From: Coriobacteriales bacterium
Lineage (GTDB): Bacteria; Actinomycetota; Coriobacteriia; Coriobacteriales; QAMH01
Assembly: GCA_050943615.1 (NCBI GenBank)
Contig: JBMNPN010000001.1
Coordinates: 33,825-97,824, forward strand
Direction of reading: 5' to 3'
DNA length: 64,000 bases
A program made the position numbers and the translations under genes. The notes under the pieces were generated by a model, which ran no database searches, was not told where the DNA came from, and saw only the letters and a program-made list of their open reading frames with translations. Of this stretch, positions 30,347-39,119 are shown piece by piece (the stretch's first letter is position 1; each line of letters starts with the position of its first letter).

Positions 30347-31288
30347 TCAGAGCGATGACGATTCAGAGTAGGTGGTCGAGAAGACCTTCTTTGCAAGCTC
30401 GATGAAACGCCTGCAGCGGGCGTTGGGATGGGCGTCGCGGCGGTAGACGAATCCGATATCGACACGCGCCTGCGGCGTGGAAAGCGGGGTGAAGTGGAGC
30501 CCTTCCGTGGGGATGCCCCGGTCGGCCATGGAGATGCGGTATCCGAACGAATCGTAGAGGGAGGCCGCGTCCTTGTGGGCGAACTCGATGAGCAGGCGCA
30601 GCGCAGAGGTGCGTAACTGGACGTTTTGAAGAGGCGTTTCTCTGAACAGCCAGTTCACGTAGTCGCTCAGGTCCTTGTTCGAGTTGAAGGCAAGCGGCGT
30701 GTGCACGAGGTCGGCGCGACTGATGCTCGACTGCCCGGCAAGTGGGAACCCTTCGCGCCATATGACGCCGGTGTGCGTGCTCAAGACCAATTCGAAGGCG
30801 AGACCCTCGTCTGCTGTCAGATTCTCGACCAGGCCGTGCCTGAGCTCGAGCAGGTACAGCTCGGCCGTCTTCCCAACTTTGGCGAGCTCCATGATCTTCG
30901 CGTTCGGCTCTTCGTTTACCTGCGTGCTCGCGAGAATCCCCGTTCCCGTTGCCTGGAGCCCCGCCAATATCGACATTGCGTACTCGCTTGCCGTGACCGT
31001 GAGGTGCGGGGCGTCTTCTTGCGCCTGTGCATCGACGAGGGCGATGTCGTCGACCGCTGCTCCGATTTCTGTGACGATGCGCTGGGCATGGGGGAGGAGC
31101 GCGCGTCCCTGAGCGGTCAGGTGCACGCCCTGCCTGCTGCGCATGACGAGCTTGGTGCCGAGCTCGTTTTCGAGTGCCGTGACCGACTTGTTCAGTCCCT
31201 GTGGCGAGATGAAGAGCAGACGCGCGGCCGCGCTGAACGACTGAGCGTGGGCAAGGGCAACGAAGTAACGGATGCTTTCAGTGTTCAT
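30347..31288 (-). CDS. LysR family transcriptional regulator
   Basis: N-terminal wHTH IRYFVALAHAQSFSAAARLLFISPQGLNKSVTALENELG plus a substrate-binding domain. Confidence 0.9.
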   Translation of the reverse strand: MNTESIRYFVALAHAQSFSAAARLLFISPQGLNKSVTALENELGTKLVMRSRQGVHLTAQGRALLPHAQRIVTEIGAAVDDIALVDAQAQEDAPHLTVTASEYAMSILAGLQATGTGILASTQVNEEPNAKIMELAKVGKTAELYLLELRHGLVENLTADEGLAFELVLSTHTGVIWREGFPLAGQSSISRADLVHTPLAFNSNKDLSDYVNWLFRETPLQNVQLRTSALRLLIEFAHKDAASLYDSFGYRISMADRGIPTEGLHFTPLSTPQARVDIGFVYRRDAHPNARCRRFIELAKKVFSTTYSESSSL

Positions 31289-31435
31289 GAATCTGCCGTT
31301 CTCCTCGCATGTTCGAAAACGTCGGTTTTTCTGCGGTATAGCTACGATTCGATTTTCCCATAGCGCGCCAATGTTGCAACCATTGCTTTCATCATAGGAA
31401 TAGATAGTTTGTTTCGCTTTGGCGGGGGCCTCTCT

Positions 31436-31450
31436 ATCATTGAATCAGAT
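31436..31450. promoter_or_regulatory. ATC-N9-GAT LysR-type (T-N11-A) box
   Basis: ATCattgaatcaGAT in the divergent lysR/molybdoenzyme intergenic region, about 100 bp upstream of ATG 31549. Confidence 0.4.
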
Positions 31451-31548
31451 ATGTGCTGTTTGACAGGCTGAAGAAGGGAGGAGACCCGTTTCGGGCGAGC
31501 GCGCCTGCAATTGAGAGAGAGTTTGCACGTGGAGAGAAAGGGGCATTC

Positions 31549-33945
31549 ATGTCCAAAGACGAATCGTTTGTCTACACCTGCTGTCCGGGGTGGGGCGACC
31601 ACGAGTACTGCGTGATCAAGTCCATCGTCAAGGACGGCAAGCTCATCCGCACGGAAAAGGCCGACTACACGGGCGCCGAGGCCGATGAGGGCTACATCTG
31701 CCAGAAGGGCATCATGTCATGCCGTCAGCCCTACAATTCAAAGCGCCTCACCCACCCGCTCAAGCGCGTCGGTAAACGCGGCGAGGGCAAGTGGGAGGAG
31801 ATTAGCTGGGACCAGGCACTCGACGAGATTGCCGAAAAGCTCCTCAAGATCAGAGACGAATATGGCCCCGAATCGCTCGTGTTCTGGAACGTCACGGCCT
31901 CCATGCCGCCGAGCATGGGCCTTGCCACGCTGCTCACGAGCCGCTTCACCGGCCTGTGGGGCGCAAGCGACCCCATTCAGGGCTACGGCCTCGACAACGG
32001 CCCGTTCTACGCGTCGTTTTTCGACATGGGCAACTTCTACAAGTACATGACGACCGACCCCGCCAATTTCGACGACGCCGACCTGTTCATCGTCTGGGGT
32101 GCCAACCCGATCGAAAACCAGCAGCGCATCGCCAAGCACATCGTGGAGTGCAGAAGCCGCGGCGGCAAGATCGTCGACATCGGCCTCATCTTCGATGCGA
32201 CCGCGGGCTATGCTGACCAGTTCATTCCCATCAAACCCGGCGCCGACCCCGCGCTCTCGATGACGATGGCAAATCTCATCATCCAAAACAAGCGCTACGA
32301 CGAGGCGTTCCTGCTTGCGAACACCGTGGCGCCGTTTCTCGTGCGCGACGATGACGATATGTTCTACCGCGATAAGGACGGCAATTACGTGGTCTGGGAC
32401 ACCGAGAAGAATGCTCCGGTCTCCATGGTCGCTGGCACCAAGGACAGCCCGTCCGAGCACATGGAGCTCGATGGCGCGCACGTCATCGACGGCGTTTCCT
32501 GCAAGACGGCCTTTGCCCGTCTGCGCGAGCACGCCAGCTCCTACACGCCCGAGTGGCAGGAGCACATCACGGGCATCAAGCCCGAGGTGGTGGAAAAGCT
32601 CACCGCCGAATACGTCGATGCCCCGAACGCCTACATCTTCGGCGCGCTCGGCCTGCGCTACCAGAACCAGGGCGAGAGCTACCGCTCCTTCTACCTGCTC
32701 GGCATGCTGACCGGCAAGCTCGGGCGCCCCGGTTCGGGCGTCACCTCCGAGATGCTGCCGTCGGGCTTTCCGATGGTGTTCAACGACGGGGCCATTACCA
32801 TGCCGCTCGGCCGCGAGGGCTACAAGGGAAAGTACATGCGCCAGGCCGAGTTCATCGAGCAGGTCCAGACGCAGAAGCCCTATCCGCTCAAGGCGTTCTG
32901 GAAGACGCAGGGCAACCCCGTTCACAACTGCCCCAACCGCGGGCTCTGGATCGACAAGATCTTCCCGCAGATGGAGCTCATCGTCGACGTCGACATCTGG
33001 ATGACCGACACCGGGCAGTACGCCGACTACGTGTTGCCCGACTGCATGCCCTTCGAGCGCTACGAGCTCGTCGTCTCGGCTGCCTACAACCATATCGTCC
33101 TGCAGGAACCGGCCATCGAGCCTCCCGAGGGCTGCAAGGACCCGACCTACATCTACAGCGAGCTTGCCAAGCGCGTCGGCCTGGGCGAGTACTTCGACAA
33201 GACGGCCGAGGAGTGGATCGCGTTGAGGCTGCAATCCAAGTGGCCGTTCATCGCAAAGATCGACCCACCGCTCACCTACGAGCGCCTGAAGAAGGAGAAG
33301 ATGGTGCGCGCCGCGGTTCCGCCGGTTCACTGGGACCCCTTCATGGGCCTCGAATTCGACACGCCCTCCAAGCGCCTCGAGTTCTACAGCGAACGGCTCG
33401 TGCCCGTGCACGACCAGCTCGCGCAGTACCTCGAGCCGCTCGAGGCACCGACGCCGATGAGCCTGAAGGAGGGGCGCGCCAAGGGCAGGTACCACTTCTT
33501 CAGCGGCCGCCAGCGCTTCTTCATGCAGTCGATGTTCACCGACGACCCCGTCATGGCCGAGCTTTCCGGCGGCCACCCGACCGGGCGCATGAACCCCATC
33601 GACGCCGAAAAGGAGGGCATCGAGGATGGTGACAAGGTCGAGATCTACAACGGGCGCGGGCACGTGGTGCTCGAGATGAAGCTCGACCAGGTCATACCGC
33701 CGGGAACGGTCCAGTGCTGGTTCGGCTGGCGGCACGATGCCTTCGAAGAGGGCATGTACTCCGAGCTCATTCCCGAGCTGGGCTCCAACTACACCCTCGA
33801 TGACCGTGCCCTCAACTGGGTCAAGTGCGTCGAGGACATCAATGGCTACCAGCCGGGCTTTGGGACGGGAGGCATCGGCGGCATGGCCGGTGCCTGGGAC
33901 ACGATATGGGACTGCGCATGCGACGTGCGCAAGGTCGAGGACTAG
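31549..33945 (+). CDS. molybdopterin (bis-MGD, DMSO-reductase superfamily) oxidoreductase, catalytic subunit, no signal peptide
   Basis: MopB-type layout (HPLKRVGKRGEGKWEEISWDQALDEIAEKL, WGANPIENQ, C-terminal MGD-binding barrel). ATG 31549 after GGAGAGAAAGGGG. N-terminal Cys pattern is CC-x8-C-x29-C. Confidence 0.85.
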   Translation: MSKDESFVYTCCPGWGDHEYCVIKSIVKDGKLIRTEKADYTGAEADEGYICQKGIMSCRQPYNSKRLTHPLKRVGKRGEGKWEEISWDQALDEIAEKLLKIRDEYGPESLVFWNVTASMPPSMGLATLLTSRFTGLWGASDPIQGYGLDNGPFYASFFDMGNFYKYMTTDPANFDDADLFIVWGANPIENQQRIAKHIVECRSRGGKIVDIGLIFDATAGYADQFIPIKPGADPALSMTMANLIIQNKRYDEAFLLANTVAPFLVRDDDDMFYRDKDGNYVVWDTEKNAPVSMVAGTKDSPSEHMELDGAHVIDGVSCKTAFARLREHASSYTPEWQEHITGIKPEVVEKLTAEYVDAPNAYIFGALGLRYQNQGESYRSFYLLGMLTGKLGRPGSGVTSEMLPSGFPMVFNDGAITMPLGREGYKGKYMRQAEFIEQVQTQKPYPLKAFWKTQGNPVHNCPNRGLWIDKIFPQMELIVDVDIWMTDTGQYADYVLPDCMPFERYELVVSAAYNHIVLQEPAIEPPEGCKDPTYIYSELAKRVGLGEYFDKTAEEWIALRLQSKWPFIAKIDPPLTYERLKKEKMVRAAVPPVHWDPFMGLEFDTPSKRLEFYSERLVPVHDQLAQYLEPLEAPTPMSLKEGRAKGRYHFFSGRQRFFMQSMFTDDPVMAELSGGHPTGRMNPIDAEKEGIEDGDKVEIYNGRGHVVLEMKLDQVIPPGTVQCWFGWRHDAFEEGMYSELIPELGSNYTLDDRALNWVKCVEDINGYQPGFGTGGIGGMAGAWDTIWDCACDVRKVED

Positions 33946-33958
33946 GAGGGAGACGAAG

Positions 33959-34354
33959 ATGAACGAGGGAACGATTCTGGTCAACCTCCAGCGCTGCACG
34001 GGCTGCTGGACCTGCTCGCTTGCCTGCAAGGTGGGAAACGACCTGCCCGATGACGCCTATCGCATCACGGTGCGCACCGAGGGAAGCGGCGAGGGCATCG
34101 ACCGCCCCGCCGGCACCTGGCCCGACCTGCATATGAGCTGGATTCCCATCTGGCGTACGGACTGCACCAAGTGCCCCGAGCGTCTGAAGGAAGGCGAACC
34201 CGCCTACTGCGTGAACTCCTGTCCGAACGGCGCGCTCACCATGGGAGACGCCGCAAAAGAGGAGGTCGAGGCCCTGCGCAAGGAGGGCTTCAGGATTTTC
34301 TCGCTTCCCGCTTGGGAGAACTCCAAGAGCGAAATCTTGTACGTGAGCAAATAA
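33959..34354 (+). CDS. small 2x[4Fe-4S] ferredoxin-type subunit
   Basis: CTGCWTCSLAC (C-x2-C-x2-C-x3-C) and CTKC-x11-CVNSCP; 131 aa; ATG 13 nt after the large-subunit stop, following AGGAGGGAGA. Confidence 0.8.
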   Translation: MNEGTILVNLQRCTGCWTCSLACKVGNDLPDDAYRITVRTEGSGEGIDRPAGTWPDLHMSWIPIWRTDCTKCPERLKEGEPAYCVNSCPNGALTMGDAAKEEVEALRKEGFRIFSLPAWENSKSEILYVSK

Positions 34355-34380
34355 GAGCGTGGTTGAAGCTCGGCTCTAGA

Positions 34381-34421
34381 CCGCGGCTGCCCTCTGCCAG
34401 GGCAGCCGCGGGTTTTTCATT
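34381..34421 (+). terminator. strong intrinsic terminator after the molybdoenzyme operon
   Basis: Perfect 13-bp stem CCGCGGCTGCCCT/AGGGCAGCCGCGG, loop CTGCC, then GTTTTTCATT. Confidence 0.85.
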
Positions 34422-34541
34422 GCCTGCCCTTCTAGTCGCTAAATCGTTAACAAACTATGGCCGTTCGAGCGCATGGCCGAAAAACATCTGGTGCTAGTAT
34501 GGTTATCCAACAACTTTCGTCCCCATATGAGGCGGTGAAAC

Positions 34542-35600
34542 ATGGATCGGCAAGACCCGGTATTCGAGGGGGAGGAAAAGCGGGAGATCGAATCTCTCAC
34601 GACCGTCAAGCGCATCGAAGGCACCTTTCGAAAAGCGGAGCTCTTGCTTCCAGAGGCAGTTCGCGAATGCCCCGGCATCGCGCTGTTCGGCCGTGTCATC
34701 CGCTCTCTGGTCTTTTCCACTGACATCGCGATCATCAGAAACTGCGATGCCGACGCGGTGCTCGCGGTCTACCCGTTCACCTGCCAGCCTTCGATTACCC
34801 AGGCGCTTCTGAGCTACGCCGAGCGTCCCGTCTTCACGGGCGTCTCCGGCGCGGTGACGACGGGTGTGCGCTCGGTCGAGCTTGCCATCCAGTCGGAGAT
34901 GCAGGGCGCCAGTGCCGTCGTCGCCAACACGTCGACGCCGCCCGAGGTCATCGCCAGCATGGCGCGCAGCATCGACATTCCCGTCGTGGTCTCGATCTTC
35001 GAGCTCAACGAGTTTTCCATCGAGCAGATCAACGCGGGCGCGCAGATCGTCAACGTCACGGCGGGCAGGGATACCATGGGAGTCGTCGAGGAGCTGCGCA
35101 CGCTGTATCCCACGCTGCCGATCATCGCGAGTGGCGGAAAGACCAACGAGTCGGTCCGCGCCACCATTGCGGCAGGTGCTGATGCGGTCTCTTGGACGCC
35201 TCCGAGCCTAGCCGAGCTCGAACGCCATTCCATGGAGAAGAACGCTGCGTTGCACAAGCTGAACCGCAATGAGCCCCCTGAGGACGAGACTCCAGAGCAG
35301 CGCGAGTCCCGTCTGCTCAAGTACATATCCAACGCCGCGGGGCAGTTCTACGAAATCGACGAGGAACGTCGTCGCCAGCTGGTGAGCGAGCCTGCCCAGA
35401 GTGTGAACGAGTTCCTCTCGCGCCATCTCGACGTCACCGAGCAGACGCTCCTGCGCTCGCTGATCGCGAAGCTCTTCGAGATCTCGCAGCCTGGAACGGA
35501 TGAGGCCGCCGCCCAGCAGGCCGACCAGCCGGAAGCTCAGGGCGAATCTCAGAACCAAGTTTCAGCCGAAAACGGGAACCAACCTCCTGTGGTGACTTAA
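34542..35600 (+). CDS. TIM-barrel-like (ribulose-phosphate-binding-barrel-like) protein with acidic disordered tail, function unknown
   Basis: Alternating beta/alpha pattern ending LPIIASGGKTNESVRATIAAGADAV; the C-terminal ~110 aa are charged/low complexity. Confidence 0.55.
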   Translation: MDRQDPVFEGEEKREIESLTTVKRIEGTFRKAELLLPEAVRECPGIALFGRVIRSLVFSTDIAIIRNCDADAVLAVYPFTCQPSITQALLSYAERPVFTGVSGAVTTGVRSVELAIQSEMQGASAVVANTSTPPEVIASMARSIDIPVVVSIFELNEFSIEQINAGAQIVNVTAGRDTMGVVEELRTLYPTLPIIASGGKTNESVRATIAAGADAVSWTPPSLAELERHSMEKNAALHKLNRNEPPEDETPEQRESRLLKYISNAAGQFYEIDEERRRQLVSEPAQSVNEFLSRHLDVTEQTLLRSLIAKLFEISQPGTDEAAAQQADQPEAQGESQNQVSAENGNQPPVVT

Positions 35601-35657
35601 TAGGGCATCCGAAACCTGTTCTAAGCTGGGGTTTTCTGCGCTTATTGCGCAATGAGT

Positions 35658-35663
35658 TAGAAT
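35658..35663 (+). promoter_or_regulatory. candidate -10 box TAGAAT upstream of the TPP enzyme gene
   Basis: GTTAGAATCT 10-mer, identical to the one upstream of ppiB (51917-51926). Confidence 0.35.
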
Positions 35664-35691
35664 CTGCACTGAAGAACGACAGGGAGACTGT

Positions 35692-37560
35692 ATGCAGATT
35701 CGCTTGGCAGACTACGTAGCCGACTTCCTCGTCGACCATGGCATCACCGACTGTTTCATGGTGACCGGCGGTGGGGCGATGTATCTCGACGATGCCCTTG
35801 GGCACAAAGAAGGGCTTCACTGCACGTTCAACCACCACGAGCAGGCCTGCGCCATCGCGGCTGAAGGCTATGCGCGCATCGACAACCGCATTGCTGCGGT
35901 CTGCGTGACGACCGGCCCCGGTGGCACCAACGCGCTCACCGGCGTCGTGGGAGGGTGGCTCGACTCCATCCCGATGCTCATCATCTCGGGCCAGGTGCGC
36001 TATGACACGAGCGCCCGCGGGATGGGCGTGGACGTGCGCGCCGGCGGAGACCAGGAGTTCGACATCACGCGCTGCGTGGACTCCATGACCAAGTACTGCG
36101 AGATGATCGAAGACCCCAAGCGCATCCGCTACGCGCTCGAAAAGGCCCTCTACCTTGCCACCCACGGGCGTCCCGGTCCCTGTTGGATCGACATCCCGGT
36201 CAACTTCCAGGGCTGCACCATCGAGACCGACGAGCTCGTGTCCTACGACCCGGTAGAGGATTCAGACACACTCGCTCCCAAGGTGACGCAAGGCGTCATC
36301 GGGCGTGTGCTCGACAAGGTCGCGGCAGCCGAGCGCCCCGTCTTCTACAGCGGAAACGGCATTCGTCTGGCCGGCGCCTTCGACGAGTTCGAGCTTGCCG
36401 TGCGCCGCCTCGGGATTCCGGTCGTGACCGGCTGGGACAACATCGACATGATGTCCGATGAAGACCCACTCTACGTGGGGCGTGCCGGCATCATGGGCGA
36501 TCGCCCGGGCAATTGGGCCGTGCAGAACGCGACGCTGGTGCTGGCGGTGGGAAGCCGGCTCTCCATTCGCCAGGTCGGCTACAACTGGAAGACCTGGGCG
36601 CGCGCCGCCGAGGTCATCATGGTCGACGTCGATGCAGCCGAGCTCAAGAAACCGACGCTTCACGTCGAGGTGCCCATACAGGCAGACGCCAAGGACTTCC
36701 TCACCGCCCTCAACGCAGAGCTCGATCGTCGAGGCGTGCCCCGTCCGCGCCGTATGGTGCACGATGCGCTCATGTCTGATGCGCTCGTTGCCGATGGCGT
36801 CTGGCAGGCGCGCTGCCGCAAGTGGAAGAAGGTCGCTCCCGTCATCCAGCAGCGCCATTGGGACGACAAGCGCGATACCAACGTCTATGCCTTCATCGAC
36901 GCGCTGAGCTCGCGGCTGCCGGAAGGCTATACCACGGTCGTCGGAAACGGCAGCGCCTGCGTCGTGGGCAGCCACGCCTACCACATCAAGCCCCGCCAGC
37001 GCTTCATCATCAACTCCGCCATCGCCTCGATGGGCTATGACCTGCCCGCCGCAATCGGGGTCAGCAAGGCTCTCGGAGATACCGAGATCGTCTGCGTGAC
37101 CGGGGATGGCTCGATTCAGATGAACCTGCAGGAGCTGCAGACGATCCTCACCAACAAGCTGCCCATCAAGATCTTCGTCATCAACAACCAGGGGTACCAC
37201 TCGATCCGCCAGACCCAGAACAACCTCTTTTCCGAGCACAGCCATGTCGGCATCGGGCCGGAGAGCGGGGATTTGGGCTTCCCCAAGATGTCCAAGCTGG
37301 CAGACGCCTACGGCTACCCGTACTTCTGCTGCCATTCCAACAGCGAGCTCGACGACGTGCTCGATGCGGCCTTTGGGCAGGAGGGCGCCTGCATCACGGA
37401 GGTCTTCGTGAGTCCCGAGCAGCCCTTCGAGCCCAAGAGCGCCACTAAGCGCCTGCCCGATGGCAGCCTCTACAGCCCGCCGCTCGAGGATCTCAAGCCC
37501 TTCTTGAGCCGTGAGGAGCTCCAGCGGATCATGATCGTCCCGCTCCTTCCCGAAGAATAG
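35692..37560 (+). CDS. thiamine-diphosphate-dependent enzyme, acetolactate-synthase-like
   Basis: N-terminal Pyr domain (VTGGGAMYL, HEQACAIAAEGYARI, TTGPGGTNALTG) and C-terminal PP domain (GDGSIQMNLQELQT). Confidence 0.9.
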   Translation: MQIRLADYVADFLVDHGITDCFMVTGGGAMYLDDALGHKEGLHCTFNHHEQACAIAAEGYARIDNRIAAVCVTTGPGGTNALTGVVGGWLDSIPMLIISGQVRYDTSARGMGVDVRAGGDQEFDITRCVDSMTKYCEMIEDPKRIRYALEKALYLATHGRPGPCWIDIPVNFQGCTIETDELVSYDPVEDSDTLAPKVTQGVIGRVLDKVAAAERPVFYSGNGIRLAGAFDEFELAVRRLGIPVVTGWDNIDMMSDEDPLYVGRAGIMGDRPGNWAVQNATLVLAVGSRLSIRQVGYNWKTWARAAEVIMVDVDAAELKKPTLHVEVPIQADAKDFLTALNAELDRRGVPRPRRMVHDALMSDALVADGVWQARCRKWKKVAPVIQQRHWDDKRDTNVYAFIDALSSRLPEGYTTVVGNGSACVVGSHAYHIKPRQRFIINSAIASMGYDLPAAIGVSKALGDTEIVCVTGDGSIQMNLQELQTILTNKLPIKIFVINNQGYHSIRQTQNNLFSEHSHVGIGPESGDLGFPKMSKLADAYGYPYFCCHSNSELDDVLDAAFGQEGACITEVFVSPEQPFEPKSATKRLPDGSLYSPPLEDLKPFLSREELQRIMIVPLLPEE

Positions 37561-37572
37561 GGAGGCCGTGCG

Positions 37573-38325
37573 CTAGCCCAGCAGGTGGACGAGCTCGCCG
37601 ATGCGGCCGATGGTGACCGTGTCGGGGTATTCTTGCGTGCCGATGAGCACGGAAGGGCAACCGAAGCGGTTGGCCATGAGGATGTCGCTTCCGTAGGTGT
37701 CGCCCACGACGAGCGCCTCTTTTTCCGTGATGGAGAGCTGCGAACAGAGCATCTCGAGCATGAGCGTGTTGGGCTTGCCGATTACATAGTCCGAGCTGCG
37801 GCCCGAGCACCACTCGATGGGCGCGACCATGCCACCGCATCCCGGGAACCACTGTGCCCCCTCGCCGCGAAAAACCTTCTCCTTGTTGCAGGCGATGATG
37901 CGCTTGGCGCGCAGCGCCACGCGCACGGCATCGGTGAGCTTGGCGTAATCGAAGGCGGGGTCATAGCCGATGAAGAGGTTCTCCGCCTCGGATGCCAGGG
38001 CGGTCGAGACCCCGACCTCCTCGAATTCGCTTGCCAGGTCAGCCGACCCGCACAGGTAGATCTTTCCGAGCCCTTCTCTCTTTGCATAGAGGGCGGCCAC
38101 ATAGCCGCTCGTCACGACCTCGTCGAAGGCGCAGTCGATGTCCATCCCGGAGAGCTTCTCGTACAGCTGCGCGCGGGTCTTGGTCGAGTTGTTGGTGAGG
38201 AAGAAAACCCGTTTTCCCAGCTCGCGGCAGCGCTCGATCGCCTCGTTTGCCCCCTCGATGATGCGCGACCCATAGTAGATCGTGCCATCGAGGTCGAACA
38301 TGACCGCTTTCGTCTGCTCGAACAT
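37573..38325 (-). CDS. HAD-IIA (NagD-like) phosphatase
   Basis: FDLDGTIY, FLTNNSTK, VGDTYGSDI motifs; ATG 38325 after AAGGAAG. Confidence 0.85.
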   Translation of the reverse strand: MFEQTKAVMFDLDGTIYYGSRIIEGANEAIERCRELGKRVFFLTNNSTKTRAQLYEKLSGMDIDCAFDEVVTSGYVAALYAKREGLGKIYLCGSADLASEFEEVGVSTALASEAENLFIGYDPAFDYAKLTDAVRVALRAKRIIACNKEKVFRGEGAQWFPGCGGMVAPIEWCSGRSSDYVIGKPNTLMLEMLCSQLSITEKEALVVGDTYGSDILMANRFGCPSVLIGTQEYPDTVTIGRIGELVHLLG

Positions 38326-38359
38326 CGCATCTTCCTTTCGAACTGCCCGTGCGGACCTG

Positions 38360-38989
38360 CTAGGAGCGAGTCGCATCGATTGCCGCCCGGAATTCACGGG
38401 CGCGCTTGGTCACGCCGGCAAGGCCGTCTTCTCCGAGCTTGGTGAGCTTGCCTCCCGCCCCCAGGGCAAATGCCCCAGCGGAAATCCAGGCGGCGGCGTT
38501 GTCGATGCTTATTCCGCCCGTCGGCATGATCTTGAGGTCGGGCAGGGGCGCGTGCACCGCCTTGATGAAGCCTGGGTCAAAGGAGCTCGCGGGGAAGAAC
38601 TTGACGACCTCGCAGCCTGCCGTGTGCGCGGTGTACATCTCGTTGACGGTCATGCAGCCGGGGATATAAGGAACGCCACCCTCTGCGCAGCGTGCGAGCA
38701 CGTCTGCGCTGTAGGTGGGGGCCACGATGTAGCGGGCGCCTGCGGCAATGGCCTCTTTAGCCTGCTCGGCGGTGAGCACGGTACCCGCGCCGACGATGAG
38801 CTCGGGGCTGGCCGAAAGTTCCGAGATGGCTTCTGCGGCACCGGGCACACTGTAGGTGACCTCGATGGCGTGCACGCCACCCTGCGCGCAGGCACCTGCG
38901 ACGGAAAGGGCGGTCTTGACGTCGGGGGAGCGCAATACGGCGACAATTCCCTCATTGTGGAGCGTGTCGAAAAGCTCAGTGGTGTCCAT
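38360..38989 (-). CDS. eda: KDPG/KHG aldolase family protein
   Basis: IVAVLRSPD, HAIEVTY, GAGTVLT, VKFFPA, MPTGGI blocks; ATG 38989. Confidence 0.85.
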   Translation of the reverse strand: MDTTELFDTLHNEGIVAVLRSPDVKTALSVAGACAQGGVHAIEVTYSVPGAAEAISELSASPELIVGAGTVLTAEQAKEAIAAGARYIVAPTYSADVLARCAEGGVPYIPGCMTVNEMYTAHTAGCEVVKFFPASSFDPGFIKAVHAPLPDLKIMPTGGISIDNAAAWISAGAFALGAGGKLTKLGEDGLAGVTKRAREFRAAIDATRS

Positions 38990-39119
38990 CCCTTGCCTTC
39001 CCTCTTTCGAATGCACCGTATCTGGCGAGATTATGGCCAATACGACGCGTAATAGGACGACTCAAGTTCGTCAGGTAATAGTATCATGTGCTGCATTAGC
39101 AGATGAAAGAGGGAGACTG

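Noticed and set aside
31738-34029. 763-aa minus-strand ORF
   Set aside because: It is antisense to the molybdopterin oxidoreductase, which has clear family motifs and an SD. The antisense product is low complexity.
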